Assembly (NCBI GenBank): GCA_965249555.1
Contig: OZ252243.1
Coordinates: forward strand, 864,001 to 928,000
Direction of reading: 5' to 3'
DNA: 64,000 nucleotides
Source of the DNA: Nitrosopumilus sp.
Lineage (GTDB): Archaea > Thermoproteota > Nitrososphaeria > Nitrososphaerales > Nitrosopumilaceae
Made by a program: the position numbers and the translations under genes. Position 1 is the first letter of the stretch, and the number at the start of each line of letters is the position of its first letter. Under the pieces are notes generated by a model that was given only the letters and a program-made list of their open reading frames with translations, was not told the DNA's origin and searched no databases. Of this stretch, positions 58,375 to 64,000 are shown one piece after another.

Positions 58375-59296
58375 TTTCTCTCACCATATTCAAAAAGATC
58401 TCTTCTAGATTGGTTGGGACAGCTGATAGATCTTCAATCTCTATACAGCTATCATTGAGTATCTTTAATACTTGTAATAATACTAATTCTGATTGCTCTG
58501 AATGAATAACTATGTTAGTTCCAGTATCAAAATCAATTTTACAGTCTGGAATTCCAGATAAGAGTGAAGATATGTTAGATTGTTTTTCTAATAAATGAAT
58601 TTTTATAGTTTTTTCTTTTCCAAATCTATTCTTTAATGCATCAGGTGAATCAACAGTAATTATTTTTCCCTTGTCAATTATTGCTATTTCATCACAAAGG
58701 TATTCAGCTTCGGTTAGAATGTGTGTTGTATAAAAAATTGTTAATCCGGTTTTTACTTTATTTTTTAAATAATCTAATAGTTTTCTTCTAGCACCTGGAT
58801 CTAAGCCAGCAGTAGGCTCATCTAAAAACAGTAGTTCCATATCATGCATAAATTCACGTGCAACTTGGACTCTTCTTCGTTGGCCAATTGAAAGATCTTC
58901 ATTTCTTTTTTTACGAATTTCTACTAGATCAAAATCTTTCAAAAGTTGCTCCATTCTTTTTTTACGTTCAGTTTTTGGAATATTCCACATCATCCCGTAT
59001 TTATCAAGGGATTTTTCAACAGACAGAGTAGGCTCATAACTTGGTTGTTGTAAGACAACACCGATTTTATGACGAACTTGAAGAGGGTTTTTGATAGCAT
59101 TTATGCCCAAAACAGAAAGCGAGCCATTTGAAGGTGGAATTAATGTTGTTAGTAATTTGATGGTAGTTGATTTTCCGGCACCATTAGGACCTAAAAATCC
59201 AAAAACTTGACCTGATTTAACAGATAAGACAAGATCATCTACAGCTTTGACTGAACCATACGATTTTGACAGATGGTTAACATCAATACAAAACAT
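58358..59296 (-). CDS. ABC transporter ATP-binding protein (DrrA-like)
   Basis: GPNGAGKST, LSIGQ, LDEPTAGLD and TTH motifs. Confidence 0.95.
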   Translation of the reverse strand: MFCIDVNHLSKSYGSVKAVDDLVLSVKSGQVFGFLGPNGAGKSTTIKLLTTLIPPSNGSLSVLGINAIKNPLQVRHKIGVVLQQPSYEPTLSVEKSLDKYGMMWNIPKTERKKRMEQLLKDFDLVEIRKKRNEDLSIGQRRRVQVAREFMHDMELLFLDEPTAGLDPGARRKLLDYLKNKVKTGLTIFYTTHILTEAEYLCDEIAIIDKGKIITVDSPDALKNRFGKEKTIKIHLLEKQSNISSLLSGIPDCKIDFDTGTNIVIHSEQSELVLLQVLKILNDSCIEIEDLSAVPTNLEEIFLNMVRENASNN

Positions 59297-59510
59297 AACA
59301 AAACTGCGATCATCCCACTAATTTAGTTAATGAGTCAATTCAGAACATTTTTTGTAATAATATACTAAATCTAAATGAAACATATTCAAAATTAGAAAAT
59401 TTTAGCTTTTATCGTTGAAGAACTAGTAATAAAGCGATCAATTCTAATAAAAAACGAATTTTACAATTTAATGAAATTTTTATTAATAGAACAAGTTTAC
59501 CAACAATGAA

Positions 59511-60908
59511 TTGTCTGAATTTGAAAATCTTATTGAGAAATTACTTGAACAAAAACCTGAATTAACTAAAGAAGTTGTAGAAGAGCAAATTAAACAGAAA
59601 AAAGAAAAAATTGGCGCCGGATATTTGACAGATCAAGGAGCTCTATTTTTGATTGCAGCTGATTATGGAGTCACATTATCAGAACCGCTAAAAGTTGAAA
59701 TGAGGTTAAAAGATCTATATGCAGGAGCAAAAGAAATCTCATTAGAAACAAGAGTTTTAAATTTATCACCAGCAAAACAATTTTCAAGAAAAGATGGTTC
59801 TCCATTTTATCTTAGAACGATGACCGTATACGATGAAAATTCTACGGCAAGTGTAAAGTTGTGGGATGAAAAAGCGAATCTACCAGGTGTTGAAAATCTA
59901 AAACCTGGGGATTTAATCAAAATCATAAAGGCCTATGTAAAATCAGATCTTGATGGTTCACCAACAATAAACATTGGCTCTGGCTCAAATATTGAAACCG
60001 CAGATACAGAAAGTGAAATTCCAACTATTGATACCATTACAAAAGACATTAGCGAACTACAAGAAGGACAAAAAGATCTTGTAATTTCAGGAATAACTGA
60101 TGGATTAATCAGTGGGATGGAATTTACAAATTCTCGTGGCAAGCCTGGAAAAGCACTTAGAATGAGACTAAAAGGAAAAGATGGTAGTGCAATGAGAGTT
60201 GTTCTATGGGGAAAAGATGAATCATCTATCCCAAATATGATTTCTCAATCAGCTAAAGTAAGATTACTTGGAGTTAAAGTAAGATCAGGAAATCAAGGAT
60301 TAGAAATCCATGGCAATGATGCAACTATCATTGAGATTGAAGGAGGAAAAGAAACAGAACCAGTAATTACAAGAGTTCTTTCAATATCAACAACAGAAAA
60401 TGGCAAAAAAATGATTTTAGCTGTTGATAATAAAAAAAATATCTACAACATTATTGATTCTGCAAACTCAACTAGTATTTGTGTAGAAGGAGATGTGATA
60501 GAGTGTATGCCATCAAAAGTTTATGGAAATTCAATTACATTAGATGAAAATTCTTTTGTAAGAAAATTAGACAATGATGAATCTATTCCATCATTATCTC
60601 AACTTAGAACAAAAATTAATGATGTTAAAGTAGATGGAAATTATTGTATTGAATCCATAATATTGAAAGTTCCTGAAAGACGTGAAGTTCAAACAAAATC
60701 TGGAGAATCAATAGCACTATCAGAAATGTTTGTTGAAGATGACACTGGTCAGATTTGGATAAAAGGTTGGAGAAACCAAGCTAGGATAATTGACAAATGT
60801 GAATTGGGAGAAATAGTATCAATTACAGGATTAAATGCTAAAGCAGGACTTGAAGGAAGAATAGAGCTATTTGCAACAGCATTTTCTAAAATTACAAAGA
60901 AAAATTAA
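59511..60908 (+). CDS. Replication protein A / multi-OB-fold ssDNA-binding protein
   Basis: N-terminal GYLTDQGALFLIA domain and repeated OB folds (F.RKDG...VKLWD, VVLWG, DDTGQI..KGW). Confidence 0.85.
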   Translation: MSEFENLIEKLLEQKPELTKEVVEEQIKQKKEKIGAGYLTDQGALFLIAADYGVTLSEPLKVEMRLKDLYAGAKEISLETRVLNLSPAKQFSRKDGSPFYLRTMTVYDENSTASVKLWDEKANLPGVENLKPGDLIKIIKAYVKSDLDGSPTINIGSGSNIETADTESEIPTIDTITKDISELQEGQKDLVISGITDGLISGMEFTNSRGKPGKALRMRLKGKDGSAMRVVLWGKDESSIPNMISQSAKVRLLGVKVRSGNQGLEIHGNDATIIEIEGGKETEPVITRVLSISTTENGKKMILAVDNKKNIYNIIDSANSTSICVEGDVIECMPSKVYGNSITLDENSFVRKLDNDESIPSLSQLRTKINDVKVDGNYCIESIILKVPERREVQTKSGESIALSEMFVEDDTGQIWIKGWRNQARIIDKCELGEIVSITGLNAKAGLEGRIELFATAFSKITKKN

Positions 60909-63640
60909 GAATCCCAAAAACCTCTTGTTACAACATATTGTCTTTCAGCTTCATAGATTTGCTTGAATAGATATTCATCATCCACCATATTTCGCAATAT
61001 TCTTGCAGCAGTGTCTGCCCCTACGCCATATCCAGACAATACAGTAATAGCAGTCTTGCCAAAATTTTCTATCAAAGAAGAGACTTTCCAGGCACGATCA
61101 AACTTGTGTTTTTCATCTGAAGAGAGTTTTTTTCCTGTATGTTTTTTTCGGATTATCTTTGGTAAATCATAGTCAGAATAGTAAGTGGCAGTAATTTGTC
61201 TGGCCTTACAATACGGACATAACAAGATATTTTTAACTTCATTAGTTTCTACCACACGTTCCCATTTTCCACATCTTGCACAGATCAAACGATGTCTAGT
61301 CTTTGCAAGTCTTGCTTTGACTAGATCAATTATTCCTTTATCAAGATTTGCTGGAGCTGCATAGTATTTTGCAGTATGATCTAAAATTGGTTCTGCTAAT
61401 TTTGAAAATTTGTCAACTTCTAACCATTTAACATGTATTTTATCTTCACGAATTTTTTTCAGAACTTTATCAGAATTTTTTAGATCATATTTATCATGAA
61501 ATAATTCACGTAGTGCTTCATGTACAAGTACGGTTTTAGAATACCGTTCATATAAAAATCTGGCAGATTTCCTTTCATAAATTGCTCCACGACCAACTAT
61601 TCCAAATTTTTTGGCAACACACCATGTCCTCCAATTAACATTATGAGTTCCAGCTAAAGATGCAGTAACAATAGAATATAGATCATAATCATCTGTTATA
61701 ATTTCAAGAAAAAGTTTTTCTGAAATTCGTGATCTAGAAGATAAAACAATTCGATAACCATCTGAACGAGAATCAACAACAGAACCCAACATTGAAGACA
61801 ACATTGAAGAAAGTAATGTAGATAATGTAGAATTAATTTTGGTGCCAAGACACGAATGAATTACAATTGAACCTTGAGATTTACTTGATTCAATTATTAT
61901 ATTATTTTCATCAGGAATTTCATTAAAATTTAATTTTTCAATAATTTTATTGGTTAATTCAAGTGAACCGTTCTTAACTTTACTGCGAAAATTTCCTACT
62001 TTTCTTGCAGTTTTGTAATCAATAGGAATACTTTCTCCTTCCCAGTATGGAACAGTAATTCCCCCTCCTCTAAAGGGTTCAACATTTACAGTAAATGATT
62101 TTTCATCAACATTTAGTATTCTCCATTGTAAACCTTTTAGAACAAAGATATTTCCCGAATCTCCAAAATCACCTACAAATCTTTGATCTAATGAGCCAAT
62201 AATTTTTTTTCCTACACTATCAAAGACTTTGAATTTTAGAATATCTGGAATTGTTGATAGATTCTCAAAATAATACTTGAATGCCCTCCCTTTCTTCCAA
62301 AAAGTCATTTTTGTTCTATCAAAAAATATCAGATAGTTTGAATCAAGCAAGTCCAATACGCCTATCAGATCTTCTAGTTGTAAATTCCGAAATGGAAAAG
62401 CTTTTGTCATCAGTTCAAAGGCTTGCTCAACTGAAATTTCCCCAAGCTGCATTGATAATCCAACTAAATGATGAGCCAAGACGTCAAGAGAGCCAACATG
62501 AATTTTTTGCTCTTCAATTGAACCTTCTTGAACACGATCAAGTATAGCTCGTGCTTCGAATTCATCATCAGGGCTGTTTGTTATAATCAGCCCCTTAGCT
62601 GATGCATTTCGATTATGTTTGCTTCTTCCTATTCTTTGAACTAATTTGGATACTTGTCTAGGAGAACCATAATGAATCACCAATTCAATTGAACCAATAT
62701 CCAATCCTAACTCAAGTGAAGATGTACATACAACAATACCACGTTTTCCTTCTCGCAAAGTAAGCTCAGTTTCTTCTCTAACTACTTTTGATAGAGAACC
62801 ATGATGTAATTCAATTTCAATAGAAGATTTTTCTTTTAAAATTGAAGCTAAAAATTCGGCTTCACCTCTAGTATTAGTAAATAGAAGTATTGGGGAGTTT
62901 AAATCTAGTTCTAAGAAATATTCGATGATTTTCTCTGCAACATCAGAAATTGTTCCTTCAACATACTTTACTTCTACATCATATTTTCTTACTGATTTAT
63001 CTCTAATAATCTCACATTTTCTTTTAGTACCCACAACAAATTTTCCTGCTTCTTCAAAATTTCCAACGGTAGCAGATAATCCTATTTTAGTGAGAGGATA
63101 TTTTGAATTAATTTCTAATCTCTCAATACTTAGGGATAATTGAGAACCTCTTTCACTAGCTAGTAATTCATGTACTTCATCAATTACAATCCATTCTAAA
63201 TCAGATAATGCATTCAGCATTTTGATTTGTGTTAAAAGAATTACTAGAGTTTCAGGTGTTGTAATTAGAATATCTGGAGGATTGTCTCTGATTTTTTTTC
63301 TATCTTTTTGAGAAGTATCTCCATGTCTGATTTCAATAGATAATTCGTTTTCATGAGCATATTTTGTAATTCTTCTAAATACATCACGATTTAATGCTCG
63401 AAGAGGAGTAATGTAAAGAGTTTTGATTTTTCCACTCTTCTTTGAATTTTTTAGTAGAGAAAAAATTGGAATTACAGAGCATTCAGTTTTTCCTGAACCT
63501 GTAGGAGCAATTACAAGACAATCTTTTTTTTGTAAAATAATTGGTGAGGCTTTTTTCTGAATTTCAGTTAGTTTGGAAAATCCAAATTTCTTAAATAAAG
63601 ATTCAAGAATTTGATTCGTCTGTTGATTTTGATCTTTCAT
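60905..63640 (-). CDS. lhr: Lhr-like DEAD/DEAH helicase with a C-terminal Zn finger
   Basis: APTGSGKT, PLRAL, TTPETL, DEVHE, SAT, HHGSL, SLELGLDIG, QRIGRS and CARC...CPYC. Confidence 0.92.
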   Translation of the reverse strand: MKDQNQQTNQILESLFKKFGFSKLTEIQKKASPIILQKKDCLVIAPTGSGKTECSVIPIFSLLKNSKKSGKIKTLYITPLRALNRDVFRRITKYAHENELSIEIRHGDTSQKDRKKIRDNPPDILITTPETLVILLTQIKMLNALSDLEWIVIDEVHELLASERGSQLSLSIERLEINSKYPLTKIGLSATVGNFEEAGKFVVGTKRKCEIIRDKSVRKYDVEVKYVEGTISDVAEKIIEYFLELDLNSPILLFTNTRGEAEFLASILKEKSSIEIELHHGSLSKVVREETELTLREGKRGIVVCTSSLELGLDIGSIELVIHYGSPRQVSKLVQRIGRSKHNRNASAKGLIITNSPDDEFEARAILDRVQEGSIEEQKIHVGSLDVLAHHLVGLSMQLGEISVEQAFELMTKAFPFRNLQLEDLIGVLDLLDSNYLIFFDRTKMTFWKKGRAFKYYFENLSTIPDILKFKVFDSVGKKIIGSLDQRFVGDFGDSGNIFVLKGLQWRILNVDEKSFTVNVEPFRGGGITVPYWEGESIPIDYKTARKVGNFRSKVKNGSLELTNKIIEKLNFNEIPDENNIIIESSKSQGSIVIHSCLGTKINSTLSTLLSSMLSSMLGSVVDSRSDGYRIVLSSRSRISEKLFLEIITDDYDLYSIVTASLAGTHNVNWRTWCVAKKFGIVGRGAIYERKSARFLYERYSKTVLVHEALRELFHDKYDLKNSDKVLKKIREDKIHVKWLEVDKFSKLAEPILDHTAKYYAAPANLDKGIIDLVKARLAKTRHRLICARCGKWERVVETNEVKNILLCPYCKARQITATYYSDYDLPKIIRKKHTGKKLSSDEKHKFDRAWKVSSLIENFGKTAITVLSGYGVGADTAARILRNMVDDEYLFKQIYEAERQYVVTRGFWDS

Positions 63641-63716
63641 AAACCATTATACCTACTAGACCTAGTGCAAACAAAACTACAGTAATTATTGGAATTGAAT
63701 CAAAAATATCTGCCAT
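63603..63716 (-). CDS. Small single-pass membrane protein (37 aa)
   Basis: Manual translation: MADIFDSIPIITVVLFALGLVGIMVYERSKSTDESNS; overlaps the lhr start by 38 bp. Confidence 0.55.
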   Translation of the reverse strand: MADIFDSIPIITVVLFALGLVGIMVYERSKSTDESNS

Positions 63717-63738
63717 TAGTAAACTTCATGATTGACCG

Positions 63739-64000
63739 TTAAATATCTTCAGTATAATCAACTAATCCCGAAGTATGTATTTTGTAAGAAAAATATTCTT
63801 TGTTTAGTGCCCAGTAAATTTTTCCTGTAAATTTTGATTGATTTTTAGAAAGTTGTATTTTGATATGAGTAAAAGGATCAATAGCACTTTTCATATTTTC
63901 CACATTATTACCTTCAATATTTCTAATCATATTAGTAATTATGATAGGAATTTTTTTTGTAATTGCAAATTTTGATAATTCATGTATATATTTCATAAAT
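63739..64000 (-). CDS. RadB/RecA-like ATPase, C-terminal fragment entering from the window edge
   Basis: LSKFAITKKIPIIITNMIR and FSYKIHTSGL resemble RadA/RadB C-terminal motifs. Confidence 0.65.
   Translation of the reverse strand, partial: FMKYIHELSKFAITKKIPIIITNMIRNIEGNNVENMKSAIDPFTHIKIQLSKNQSKFTGKIYWALNKEYFSYKIHTSGLVDYTEDI

Overview
AT-rich archaeal DNA, most likely a Nitrosopumilus-like ammonia-oxidising thaumarchaeon (inferred from Tes, GatD/GatE, pelota, CDC48, uL2, RPA, Lhr, archaeal SRP RNA and grpE-dnaK-dnaJ). About 0.2-34.7 kb is a very AT-rich, strand-alternating surface-glycan biosynthesis and tailoring island: nucleotide-sugar enzymes, four GT4s, a flippase, six methyltransferase-domain genes, a formyltransferase, a WbmS-like deacetylase, an ATP-grasp ligase, a FemAB/GNAT protein and two glutaminase-less asparagine-synthase-like ligases. 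About 34.7-64 kb is core genome. Items absent from the ORF track: (i) an IS6-type non-autonomous cassette (2134-3009) carrying a passenger gene, with a nested MITE, which truncates a twice-frameshifted UDP-sugar dehydrogenase; (ii) a box C/D sRNA whose D guide predicts Cm34 of tRNA-Leu(CAA); (iii) a decayed ~175-bp duplication ahead of two methyltransferase genes; (iv) a frameshifted or non-canonical start of an FAD oxidoreductase; (v) SRP RNA, two tRNAs and three small ORFs. All product calls rest on motif recognition, not database searches.
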